Assembly: GCA_044225365.1 (NCBI GenBank)
Contig: JBGAIQ010000024.1
Span: 1 to 64,000 of the forward strand
Reading direction: 5' to 3'
Origin: Planctomycetota bacterium
GTDB lineage: Bacteria > Planctomycetota > B15-G4 > JADJEK01
DNA length: 64,000 nt
Shown: in pieces, positions 35,070-48,200 of the stretch
How the letters are laid out: each line of letters opens with the position of its first letter
Numbering within the stretch: the stretch's first letter is position 1
Notes under the pieces: model-generated
The model's input: the letters and a program-made list of their open reading frames with translations, nothing else
The model's database searches: none
Told to the model about the DNA's origin: nothing
Made by a program: the position numbers and the translations under genes

Positions 35070-36473
35070 ATGCGTCGCGCAAACACCGTCGCTCCCATGT
35101 TACAAGACCAATTCCTCTCGCGACTTCGCCTCTCCCTCACTCCCCAGCAGTTCGAAACCTGGTTCCGCCGCATCGAACTTCGCTGCGACGACGAGTCTCG
35201 TTATTCTCTCGTTCTTCCTAACGAATTCATTCGGAATTGGGTCCAAAATTACTACTACGACGTCGTTCGGTCCGTCCTCCATGAGTTGACCGGTACCGAA
35301 GTCGAAGCGACGCTGCAAGTCGCACCTCCGGACTCCGAACTCGCAACGAGCGACGTCGCACTTGCGCGCGAATCCCTGATTCCTCCTCCCAGCGCGACCC
35401 CCGTCGCGCCTCCCACGAGCGGCACTCCTCGCCCCGCGCTCAGCCCGAACTCCGACACGATCCTCCATTCGAACTACACCTTCTCCAACTTCGTCGTCGG
35501 AGCGAGCAATCGCTTTGCGCACGCCGCAGCGATCGCGGTGGCCGACATGCCGGCGAAGAGCTTCAATCCCTTCTTCCTCCACGGATCGGTCGGTCTCGGA
35601 AAGACGCACTTGTTGCAGGCGATCTGTCACGAGATCCTCGCGAAGGCGCCCCATACCAACATCCTCTATCTGTCGTGCGAATCGTTCATCAATCAGTTCA
35701 TCGAAGCACTCGAGAACGGCGACCTGAATTCATTTCGCCAGAAGTACCGCAACGTCGACGTCATCCTCGTCGACGATATTCAACTCCTCGCTAACAAAGA
35801 GCGCACGCAAGAGGAGTTCTTCCACACCTTCAACACTCTATACAATCTAGGCCACCAGATCGTTCTTTCGAGCGATGCTCCTCCCAAGGACATCCCTACG
35901 CTACAAGAGCGCTTGGTCTCTAGATTCAAAATGGGGCTCGTCGTCGAGATCGCGAGCCCCGATTTCGAGACGCGCGTCAACATCCTCCGCAATAAAGCGC
36001 GGCTGCGTGGACACGACCTCCCGTCCGATGTCGCTCATTATCTTGCGCAACACGTGCAGACCAACATCCGCGAACTCGAGGGCGCGATCGTTCGCCTCAT
36101 CGGTTATGCCGACCTCGACAAGAAGCCCCTCACGCTCGACCTCGCTCGCGAGAGCCTTGCTCATTCCGCGGGTCACCGCTCGACCGTCATCACGATTCAC
36201 GACATCATTTCCGTCGTGACGAAGCACTTCAACGTCAAGCTCTCCGACCTCCAGAGCAAGCGCCGCAATCAGTCCCTCACCTACCCCCGCCAGATCTGCA
36301 TGTTCCTGGCTAGGCGCTACACGAACCACTCCCTCGAGGAGATCGGCGGGTATTTCGGAGGACGGGATCACACGACCGTTCTCTACGCCAACGAGAAGAT
36401 CGACTCGCTCCTTGAGACGGACTCACAAGTTCAAGACTTAGTTCGTCGATTGGCATCTCAATTGGATGTATGA
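35070..36473 (+). CDS. dnaA: Chromosomal replication initiator DnaA
   Basis: QFETWF, YTFSNFVVGASN, GSVGLGKTHL, VDDIQ, QEEFFHTFN, NIRELEGA, FGGRDHTTV. Confidence 0.98.
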   Translation: MRRANTVAPMLQDQFLSRLRLSLTPQQFETWFRRIELRCDDESRYSLVLPNEFIRNWVQNYYYDVVRSVLHELTGTEVEATLQVAPPDSELATSDVALARESLIPPPSATPVAPPTSGTPRPALSPNSDTILHSNYTFSNFVVGASNRFAHAAAIAVADMPAKSFNPFFLHGSVGLGKTHLLQAICHEILAKAPHTNILYLSCESFINQFIEALENGDLNSFRQKYRNVDVILVDDIQLLANKERTQEEFFHTFNTLYNLGHQIVLSSDAPPKDIPTLQERLVSRFKMGLVVEIASPDFETRVNILRNKARLRGHDLPSDVAHYLAQHVQTNIRELEGAIVRLIGYADLDKKPLTLDLARESLAHSAGHRSTVITIHDIISVVTKHFNVKLSDLQSKRRNQSLTYPRQICMFLARRYTNHSLEEIGGYFGGRDHTTVLYANEKIDSLLETDSQVQDLVRRLASQLDV

Positions 36474-37057
36474 GTCTCCCCGACCCCTGAGACCTTCCCA
36501 CCGTAGAGAACCCTGCCACGTCGACTCGTCTTCAAGAGTCGCTTATTCGGCGCCTTTAATCTCTCCAAAACGCCCTACTCGAGCCCCCTCCTTCGAGTCT
36601 TCCCCTGTTTCTGAGCTGGATCCTCGCGTCCACCCACGGAACTTCTCCACCGTACTTCCACCCCACGCCCAGGGTTTCACCACGGTTTCTCGTAGGTCCC
36701 CTGCGTACGAAATCGATTCTTCCACAAGCCGTGAGGGAGCGATCGACCGAGAACTTGTGAACTTCTTCTGAGTCCGCGGTGGTTCGCTCGTGCGGTACTC
36801 CGGAGTTTTCAACGAGCGCGCTCGGTACGACCGCGTTCTACCCCGGCCGTCCACCCTCCGCTTCCCTCGACCGCGCGTTTTCCAACACCTGAGCATGCGT
36901 CCTAAATTATTTCCTCGAAGCGCCTTGGATCTCCCTGTCTTCGCCAGAACACATCTCGAATCTCCTTCTTACTGAGATGAGATTTGATTAGAATCCATGG
37001 TCTTTCATCGCCAGCGGAACTGGATCCAAGAAACCGACGATCGAAGAGGTCTCGACC
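36474..37057. other. Probable replication origin oriC (dnaA-dnaN intergenic region)
   Basis: 584-bp non-coding gap with many degenerate TCCAC-core boxes (36643, 36654, 36718) and an AT-richer stretch at ~36900-36995; parS nearby. Confidence 0.7.
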
Positions 37058-38158
37058 ATGCGTTTTGAGTGTTCTCGGGCGGAGATCGCAAGAGCGATTC
37101 TCGTACCGTCCAACCTGACGCCGTCGCGGGCCACTCATCCCGGACTTCTTGGAACCCACATCGAAGTCACAGCGACCTCGGGCGGCGTTCAGGCCTCCGA
37201 TGGTGACCTCTGGGCGCGGGCCACGTTCCGTCCATCGACCGTCCAGCGCCCCGGCGCGCTGACGTTGCCCACCGCGATCCTGGACACCATCGTTCGGAGT
37301 ACTGAAGACTCGAACTTGTCCTTCGAAGCGCAAGGTCGCTACTGCGAGATCCGCGGACAAGACGCCGTTTACAACGTCGTCGCTGTCGAACCCGCAAACT
37401 TCGCGCTCGCTCAGCACGAGCAGAAACCGAAGATCACGATCTCCCGCGCCGAGTTCGACTCGATGTACCAGCGCACTTCGTTCAGCGTTGGAAAGGACGT
37501 GGGGCGGTACGCGGTGAACGGCCTAATGGTGGAGATCGAGGATCAAATCCTGTCGTTCATCGCGACCGACAGCCGCCGTATGGCGCGAGCATCGCGCAAA
37601 GCATCGCTGCTGGAAGACGACGGTTCACTGAAGAAGGCCATCATTCCACCGAAGGCGATCCAGGAAGTGCTCCGAGGCGGCAACGACGATCAGATCGCGT
37701 TGGGCTTCGATTCAGAATTCGTGACCCTCGTCTGTGGTGATCTCCAGGTCGTCAGTCGACTGATCGTGGGGGACTTTCCCGACCACCGCCGGATCATTCC
37801 CCAAGGATTGAAGAATCGATTCTCGGTCTCTCGCGACGCCCTCCTGTCTGCGGTTCGTCGAGCTGCGGTGTTCTCGGCGGATGCGATCCGTGCGGTTCAT
37901 CTCGATGTCACCGACAAGACTCTCACGTTGTCATCGGAATCGGATGGGCGGGGGCGCGCGAGTACGAAGATGCCCGCGGAAATCTCAGGATGTGACCAGG
38001 TCACGGTAGATCTCAATCCGGACTTCCTGATCGACTTCTTGAAGGTCGTCGACACAGGAATCGTCCACGTCGAGTTCCGCGACTCGCAGAGCGCCATCGT
38101 GCTGCGGCATGAAACGGGGAACGACATCTACCTCGTGATGCCGATCACATCGAACTGA
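37058..38158 (+). CDS. dnaN: DNA polymerase III beta clamp
   Basis: GRYAVNGL, IATDSRRMA, SRLIVGDFPD, LNPDFLIDFL, YLVMPI. Confidence 0.95.
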   Translation: MRFECSRAEIARAILVPSNLTPSRATHPGLLGTHIEVTATSGGVQASDGDLWARATFRPSTVQRPGALTLPTAILDTIVRSTEDSNLSFEAQGRYCEIRGQDAVYNVVAVEPANFALAQHEQKPKITISRAEFDSMYQRTSFSVGKDVGRYAVNGLMVEIEDQILSFIATDSRRMARASRKASLLEDDGSLKKAIIPPKAIQEVLRGGNDDQIALGFDSEFVTLVCGDLQVVSRLIVGDFPDHRRIIPQGLKNRFSVSRDALLSAVRRAAVFSADAIRAVHLDVTDKTLTLSSESDGRGRASTKMPAEISGCDQVTVDLNPDFLIDFLKVVDTGIVHVEFRDSQSAIVLRHETGNDIYLVMPITSN

Positions 38159-38164
38159 GCAGCA

Positions 38165-41024
<2,860 letters not shown>

Positions 41025-41079
41025 CGCTTTTCGCACAACGAGCGCCGTTCGAATCCCGTGCCGTTTTTCCGCGCGTGAC

Positions 41080-41107
41080 TAAGGTTCCGACTCGAATCGT
41101 CCGATGC
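41080..41107 (+). promoter_or_regulatory. Possible sigma28-like promoter (TAAGG-N15-TCCGATGC)
   Basis: Resembles the FliA consensus; about 30 bp upstream of the MshEN gene. Confidence 0.3.
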
Positions 41108-41135
41108 AGAGACGAACGTTTCGGAGTGCACGCGG

Positions 41136-41657
41136 GTGGCCACACAACGCAATTCCATCCAGCAGCGGCTGGTGCGCCTCAAGAAGCTGGGCGAGCTCCT
41201 CGCTCAGGAAGGGCTCATTTCCGAAGACGATCTTCGCGATGCGCTCGATGAACAACGGCGCACGGGCGGTCTCCTCGGCGAGATCCTTGTCCAACAAGGC
41301 CGGGTCACCGAGTGGGACCTCGCGCGGTGCCTCGTCAGCCAACTGCAGCTTCCGTTCATCTACACGACGAATTACGACATCTCGCCGGAGACGAACGCGC
41401 TGCTCCCGCACGCGTTCTTGCACCAACATCGGATCGTGCCGCTCGACATCTTCGGCAAGACACTCGTCCTCGCGACCGCGGGCAGCATCTCCCAGGAGAT
41501 CGTCGAGGAAATCGAGCTCACGACTCATCTCGAGGTGATGCTCTACATCTCCCTCACGACCGACATCCAGAAGACGCTTCAGGATCGCTTCCCGCTCGAG
41601 AAGGTCACGGACGCGCTCTTCGCGCGCTTCGACAAGCTCTACAGCGACGGCGGATGA
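41136..41657 (+). CDS. Stand-alone MshEN / GspE N-terminal domain protein (putative c-di-GMP receptor)
   Basis: KLGELLAQEGLISEDDLRDALDEQ and LLGEILVQQGRVTEWDLARCLVSQ tandem motifs, then a GspE-N1 fold (HRIVPLD); no ATPase domain. Confidence 0.85.
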   Translation: MATQRNSIQQRLVRLKKLGELLAQEGLISEDDLRDALDEQRRTGGLLGEILVQQGRVTEWDLARCLVSQLQLPFIYTTNYDISPETNALLPHAFLHQHRIVPLDIFGKTLVLATAGSISQEIVEEIELTTHLEVMLYISLTTDIQKTLQDRFPLEKVTDALFARFDKLYSDGG

Positions 41658-42052
41658 CCGGTCGAGCCAGGCGGCTCCAGATCGCCGGGCTTTCGCGTTT
41701 CGTCCGGGGGTGATGGGGGGGCGGCCTCGTTCGACGGCGAAGATTCTGTTCTCTCGGTTTCGACGGAGTCCACGGGCGGCTGCGCCGGCGGTGCGATCCT
41801 GGGAGGCGGCTCGACGGGTTCGGGCGCCTTGTCCCCAGAGAAATCTCGTCGCGGCAATCGCGGCCGCGAATCGTCGTAGTCCCGAAACTCGCGCGTCAAC
41901 GATTCCGCCTGGCGGCGAAGATCGCCCACGACTCGACCGAGCGACCGCGCGACCTTGGGCAGATCGCCGCCGTAGAGCAGGATCGCGATCACCACGATGA
42001 AGATGAACTCTCCACCGCTGACATCGATGAACGCAAGACACGCGAGAGGCAT
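41639..42052 (-). CDS. Twin-arginine translocase TatA/TatB-family subunit
   Basis: GEFIFIVVIAILLYGGDLPKVARSLGR, Pro-rich tail. Confidence 0.85.
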   Translation of the reverse strand: MPLACLAFIDVSGGEFIFIVVIAILLYGGDLPKVARSLGRVVGDLRRQAESLTREFRDYDDSRPRLPRRDFSGDKAPEPVEPPPRIAPPAQPPVDSVETERTESSPSNEAAPPSPPDETRKPGDLEPPGSTGHPPSL

Positions 42053-42115
42053 GATCGCACCTACAGGGTCACGGCGCAGCGAGTCGACCTTCGCGGCGCC
42101 GAACGGCGCAGCGAA

Positions 42116-45100
42116 CTACTTCGGCTTTGGCGTCGCAGCTCCTTCGTCTTCAGCTTCGGCATCGGGCAGAGCCTCATCCTCGGAGTAGTCCGGGAGATCG
42201 AACACAGGAGTCAGATCATAACCGTCGGAGAGCGCCGTCTTGAATCGATCGTGTTCGCGACGCTGGGCGGTGACGAGCGGTACGACGCTGACGCCGAAGC
42301 CACGACCATAGCCTGGCGTTCCGATGTCGAACTCGAACATCCAGTCATGGGTGCTTCGTCTCAAGATGACTTGAGTTCCGCCGCCGCCAGAGGACGAAGC
42401 GAGCTTGAACTCCTGGCGCAGAGCGACTTCCCAGTGCCGCGTCATCTGGTAGCCGAACTCGAATCGCAGTGAATTCAGGTCGCGGTTCGACGCGCGGGTG
42501 AGCAAGTAGCCGTCAAGCGCGAGCGTCGGCGAGACCGTACCCGCTTGCGCGTAGCTGTATCCGATTCGACCGAAGAAGTCGGGTCCTGGTTCGGTCGTGA
42601 ACTCGATGCTGTACTTGTCGAGCTGACCCTTCTGCCAGTTCCACGCGATCGTGTTGCGCAAGTAGGACCGCTCGAGCAGGTAGTACGCGAGATCAGGGCG
42701 ATACCGAAGATCGATCCAAAGGTCCCCGATGCCGGTGCCGTCCTCGATCTTGGTGTTCGACGTCACCTTCTTGTTGCCTTGGTTCTTCTCCAGGATCTTC
42801 ACGAGATCCTCTTGGCGAGCATTGGAGAAGATGTACGGCTGCTGGATGTCGACGTCGAGGAACGTGACCGTCTCGCGACCGTAGCGCGTCATGCGTTTCG
42901 TTTCGTAGCGATTCCTCACGCCGGGAACGATGACGTTGAGTTCGTCGAAGCGCTCGACCGAGTCGTAGGGAACGAGGTCGTTCGCGTTCTTCGTCGAGAG
43001 GAACGTGTATCGATACCGAAGGCTCGGGATGATGATGTGACGCAGGCCGAAGATGTTGAAGTACTCCGACTCGAAGTCGGGGATCGTCTTCCAGTACTGC
43101 GTGCTCGCGTTGAAGCCGACCGTCATCCCCTCGCGCAGACCGCCGCCGCCATCGATCTCGGCGTCGCCGAGCCAATACGTCAGCCGGTTCTCGAAGTAGG
43201 GATCGACCGTCACCGGACCGACGTCGAACGGCATGTTGAAGCGTTCGATGTCGTCGCCACGAAACGCGGAGCCCTCGGAGAGGAACTGCTCGGAGCTCGT
43301 GTCGAGGAAGGTCTCGTTGGTATTCGCGTTCTGATCGAAGGTCGGGTTGACCGGATCGTTCGCGCCGTTCCCATTACCGTTGCCGTTCCCGTTGCCATTG
43401 GCTTTTGCCGTTGCAGGTGCCGACTTCGATCCGTGAGCGCCGGCCTTGCTCGGACTCTTGGCCGGGGCGGATGCTGGACCGGTCCCCGTTCCACCGGACC
43501 CAGTGCCGTTCCCGTTCCCGTTCAACAGGTCGTTCTTCTTGTTCTTCTTCTTCTGCTTGTCGAATTGGTCCTTCAGGTCCTGCGAGACGAGTCGGTTGAC
43601 GTAGCCGACTTCGGAGCGGTGAGTCCAGTACAGCGTGAGGGGTTCGTCCTGGCCAAGTGCTTCGCCGAGCGACTCGAACTGCGCGATCGGGCGTGAGATC
43701 ACGTCGTAGGTCGCTTGCGGCAAGTACTCGGTCTGCGTCTGCCAATCGTTCAAGCGGTAGCGGAGAGTCGCCGTGACCGCCGTGTCGTGATCGAGCTTGC
43801 GAAGATACGCATAGGTCTCAGGATCGCGCTTCAGGTCCTGCTCGTTGTGGAAGAACTCCGAGATCAGGTCCTTGTCGCTCACGTAGTTCAATTCGGTATC
43901 GAGCCGCCACGCATCCGGTAGGTAGACGCGATTGAGAGTGCGGAATCGCGATCGGAAGCCCGAGTTGTCGACCTTGTTGTTCTTCGTCGACTTCGAAGTC
44001 GTGTCGTTGCCCGAGATGTCGTTGATCACGAAGAAGTCGGTCTTGCCCTCGTAGAACTTCTCCTTACCCGATTTCGTTTCGTACTCGATGCCGCCGCCGA
44101 GACCGAGACCTCGCTTCGAGTAGAAATTGATGTCGACGAACCACGAGCCCTTGAACTTGCCCTCGATCCCGAGCCAGTTGTTGAAATCGAGGCCCGCCTG
44201 TTCGAAGGCATTTCCCCATCGCGTCTTGATGTAGAAGCCGAGGTCGCTCGATCCACCGACACGCGCCGCCTGCAGGGGAAACGGACTCTCGGCCCCGAGG
44301 CGCACTTCGAGATAGGGCACCGCGACGAGCGGTTGCTGTTGCACGACGAACTGATCGCCGTAGCCGCTGATTCGGCCCGACTCCTCACTGGCGCGCTGTT
44401 CGTAGATCGCGTGGTCGATCGCGACGTGATAACCCGGAACGGCGAACGTGCAGGTCGTGAGTTGCGCGTTGTCGGCCTCGAGCAGTCCGCGAGCGATACC
44501 ACGAATCTCCGCTGCGCGGAACACGATCGGGATCGTCTTGCGATTTTCGAGCTCGATCTGCGACATCGACTCGGGGTTCTGGTTGTTCTTGTTCTTGCCG
44601 GAGAGCTGTTTCGTCGACTGATCGTCGGTGCGCATCTCGCCCTTGACGATGAGCGACCGATCCTCGAGCACGTTGAAATACGCGCGTTCGGCCTGGAAGA
44701 CCGTGCGCGACGTTCCGGACTTCGACTCGATGTAGACGTCGCCTTCCGCATAGATCTCGCGGAGCTTGCCACCGCCGGATCCCGTCGCGAGGGCGCCGAA
44801 TTCGGGGAGCAGCGCCTTGCCTTCGACGTTCGTCATCGCCGGAGACGCGAGTCCTGAGCCGAGGGCGACCGGGTCGTTCGGCGGATAGGGGAATTGCGCC
44901 TTCGCGATCGACGGGAGCTGGCTGTCCTTGCCGTCCGACCAGATGAGGATGTTGCGAGCGGTGATGTACCAGTCGCCGAACCAGATCTCGCCGCCGCCCG
45001 CCATCGCAGTGACCATCGGCGCGTCGGTCTTGTCGGGATCGCCGTCGTAGAAGCTGAACGCGGTACCGCCGACATTGCTGATCCGGAAGTCTTGCGGCAG

Positions 45101-45271
45101 CTTGTCCTTCTTGGGAACCGTCGCTTCCTTGCCGAACGTGCCCTGCGCGCGCGAGTCCGCCGCCAGGATCGACGCGAAGAGCGCGGCACCCATGCCGCAA
45201 GAACGCAGCACTCGCACGAGCACTCGCACGCCGCCACGCGCGCGAGTCGAACTTCGATTTCCGCCGCTCAA
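42116..45271 (-). CDS. lptD: LPS assembly outer-membrane protein LptD
   Basis: ADNAQLTTC...PGYH, GGSSDLGFY, YSKRGLGLG, YVSDK, EYLPQ, RHIIIP; beta-barrel C-terminus; in the kdsD/kdsC operon. Confidence 0.8.
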   Translation of the reverse strand: MSGGNRSSTRARGGVRVLVRVLRSCGMGAALFASILAADSRAQGTFGKEATVPKKDKLPQDFRISNVGGTAFSFYDGDPDKTDAPMVTAMAGGGEIWFGDWYITARNILIWSDGKDSQLPSIAKAQFPYPPNDPVALGSGLASPAMTNVEGKALLPEFGALATGSGGGKLREIYAEGDVYIESKSGTSRTVFQAERAYFNVLEDRSLIVKGEMRTDDQSTKQLSGKNKNNQNPESMSQIELENRKTIPIVFRAAEIRGIARGLLEADNAQLTTCTFAVPGYHVAIDHAIYEQRASEESGRISGYGDQFVVQQQPLVAVPYLEVRLGAESPFPLQAARVGGSSDLGFYIKTRWGNAFEQAGLDFNNWLGIEGKFKGSWFVDINFYSKRGLGLGGGIEYETKSGKEKFYEGKTDFFVINDISGNDTTSKSTKNNKVDNSGFRSRFRTLNRVYLPDAWRLDTELNYVSDKDLISEFFHNEQDLKRDPETYAYLRKLDHDTAVTATLRYRLNDWQTQTEYLPQATYDVISRPIAQFESLGEALGQDEPLTLYWTHRSEVGYVNRLVSQDLKDQFDKQKKKNKKNDLLNGNGNGTGSGGTGTGPASAPAKSPSKAGAHGSKSAPATAKANGNGNGNGNGNGANDPVNPTFDQNANTNETFLDTSSEQFLSEGSAFRGDDIERFNMPFDVGPVTVDPYFENRLTYWLGDAEIDGGGGLREGMTVGFNASTQYWKTIPDFESEYFNIFGLRHIIIPSLRYRYTFLSTKNANDLVPYDSVERFDELNVIVPGVRNRYETKRMTRYGRETVTFLDVDIQQPYIFSNARQEDLVKILEKNQGNKKVTSNTKIEDGTGIGDLWIDLRYRPDLAYYLLERSYLRNTIAWNWQKGQLDKYSIEFTTEPGPDFFGRIGYSYAQAGTVSPTLALDGYLLTRASNRDLNSLRFEFGYQMTRHWEVALRQEFKLASSSGGGGTQVILRRSTHDWMFEFDIGTPGYGRGFGVSVVPLVTAQRREHDRFKTALSDGYDLTPVFDLPDYSEDEALPDAEAEDEGAATPKPK

Positions 45272-48200
45272 CGCTGCAGAACCTCCGGGTCGTACAACAT
45301 TCTGCCGTTCTCCGCCGTGAACGCCTGGGATCCGGTCTGCAGAACGAACGAGTCCGCTTCATACCGAACGTGCTCGTTCACCGACAGGCCCTTGACCCAG
45401 CACTTCGGGCTCGACCCGTAGAGGAACATTGTCTCGACCCCGTTCACGTTCTTCCAGCGAAGAGTTTGACCTTCCGCCGTAAGGAGTCGCGGTTTCGCCT
45501 GCGTCATGTGGACGCGACCCTCCGCGAGGATCTCCTTGAACTTCGAAGTACCCGACGTCGATGTGGCCGCCTTGGAGGCTGCCGCTCCGGCGGGAGTCAG
45601 CGTCGCGGGAGATGGTGGAGCAGCCTGCGGCGGGTTGGGATCGAGGTAGACCGTCATGTGGTCGCTCCAAACCGACCTCACCTCTTCGCCCTTCTCCTCG
45701 AAATGGACGACGACGTCGTTGTTGAGTTCGAGCTTGTCCTCGGAATACCGGATGGGGCCGGAGCACCGGGCCTTGACCGTCGAAGTCGCGTTGCCGTTCG
45801 CATCGGTGGCGTCGGCCTGACTCACCCGAGTGGAATCGGCGAGCGGCTGAATGATCTCGATTCGACCATTGCGTTCGCAGACGAGCCGCGACGACGCATG
45901 GTCGAGGATCAGTTCCGGACCCGTGATCGAAACTTTGTTCTTCGAATCGGACCCGAGCTGCCGCGTCGCAGTGGCGTCCGCCGTACCTTCGCCGAACAGG
46001 TGCGCGAATCCTTGGCTCTCGTCGTACGAGAACCGCGAAGCCGTGGCGTGCGCACCGTTCACGGGATCGTCGATCACCACCGAGCCGAAGGCCTCGATGA
46101 TGGTGGTCTTCTCCGTCTCGCTCTTTGGGTGGATCGACAAGTGGTCGCAGTACAGCTTGCTACCGCCCGATGGCGTCGGCGAGGGCGTCTTCGGCTCGGC
46201 CGAGGGATCATCGGAGGGACCGAGCGTGAGCGCACCCATGTCGACGTCGACCGAGATCCTCGCGTCGATACTCCCGGTTTGAGGATCGTAGTCGATCGTT
46301 GCGGCCCGGATCGTTTGCTTCGAACCGTCGTCGTCGATCTTCGTCGCCACCGCGGGCGCACCGACGAGCGAGATCTTGCCCGGGCCACTCTGTTCCGGAA
46401 CGAGCGTCATCTGCGAGCCCGAACCGGTCGTCTTCTGGGTCTTGGAGTCGAACTTGACATCGCCCTTCGCGACGAGTTGCGAGATCGACTGCTTGTCCGC
46501 CGTGGAGACGAACTCGATCACCATCGACTCCATCGCGTCGAGCGTCGTCGCCACCTCCTCGCCTTCGTACATGTCGACGTGCGTGGGCCCGGTGAAACTG
46601 GCGCGGGCCGGTGTCTGATCACCGGCTTCCGGCATCCACAGGAGTTTCCCATTCGCGAGCGTATTGAACTTGGCTCGGCGTTCCGGGCCACCGTCCTCTT
46701 CCGCGCCGAGCGACAGGTCGACGTAGGGGTTGGGCTCGATCTCGAGCTGCATCGCGTTCGGATCGTTCGATCCTTCGCGCGGTCGCAACGTGATCCTGTC
46801 GCCCTTGAACGTGCCGCGCTCCATGTTGCCGTTGGCGTTGCCGTGCGCGACGAGATTCGCGAGCGAAGACTTCGTCGCACCCGACGCCTGCGTGACCAGC
46901 ATCTCGATCTGATCGGCGTGGAGAGTGAGTTCGGCGTCGGAGGCGCTCGCTCCTCGATGCAGAGTCGCTTCGCCGTCGAGTTCGATCGTCATCAACTTGG
47001 GGGAACCCGCAGGAGCATCCGCGGCGAGTGCCTTGGGACGCATGCGGATCTGGTGCGAGGCGGCCGCGTCGAAGCTCGGAGCATCGCTTCCACTTCCCGA
47101 AGCGCCATCCTCACTTCCGAGTTTGGCTCCATTCACTCGTGGTTCGCCCGTGAGAGTGACCCACGAGCCATCTTCCTTGGCCTCGTCGAGCAGAGTCTCG
47201 GCGACGAAGTTGCCGCGCGGATCGTGCATCGTCGCCGGCTTGTTCGGAGTGCCCTTCGCAAACGTTCGCTTCACCGTCAAGTTGCCGGACTCGGCCGTCG
47301 CCGTCGCCGTCGTCGGTTCTGTGTCCGGCGTACCGGTCTTTTGGGACGGCTTCTTCGAGCTCTGATCCAGCGTGATCTCGAGGTCTTCGGATTCGAGCTT
47401 CGACGCATCCCCCTGGGTCGCAATCACGTTGCCATGGAACGTCATGAGGCCGCCCGCGATCAGGGCGGAGAGATCGTCACCCGATCCCGCGGCCTTCTTA
47501 TCCGACTTGTCCGCGCTCTTCGTCGGCTTGAACGAGAACGGGCCGTCGCAGACGATCACTTTTTCCGGGACGTTCGAATCGTCCTTCTTTGGGGCCGTCG
47601 CCTTGTTCGGATCGACTCGGCGCGACGGAACCGCGAAGCGCTTTCCGACCATCTTGATGTCGCGCTGCAATACCATCTCACCGGTCGATCGATCGTACGT
47701 GAGATCGGTGCCCGTGATCGTGAGGCCCTGCATCGTGATGGTGTTCGGCCCGGGTCCGCTCACTTCGGCGTCGGAGAGGTGCAGGTTCTCGTTCTCGAGC
47801 GTGGCGATCGTCTCCCCGGCTTCGTTCAGGTAGGTCACTTTGTTCTTGCCCGCGAGCGACATGCTCGTCGGTTGGTTGTCCTTGAAACCGGTCTTGGGAT
47901 CCGGTGGATCGCGGAATTCGAGTTCGGCGGTGTTGCCCTTCACGATGGCGAGGAGCTTCGAATCGGGCTCGAGCTTCTTGTTGTAGATATCGATCTCGAC
48001 GTCACGCGCATGGAGTCGTCGACCGATCGATCCGTCGGACGATCCCAGATTGATCACGTACTTGAGGACCTTGACGTCCGGCCGTCCGGGCATCGATTCG
48101 CGCACCGGGATCTTCGCGTTCGTGTAGGCCATCGCGTTCGACGGTGCGTCCTGGATCGGCGCCGATTTCTTGGCCGTGCTCTCGGTGGTCGAAGGCGATT

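Noticed and set aside
41047-41057. GTTCGAATCCC tRNA T-loop-like motif (similar motif near 13079)
   Set aside because: No acceptor, D or anticodon arms can be formed around it.
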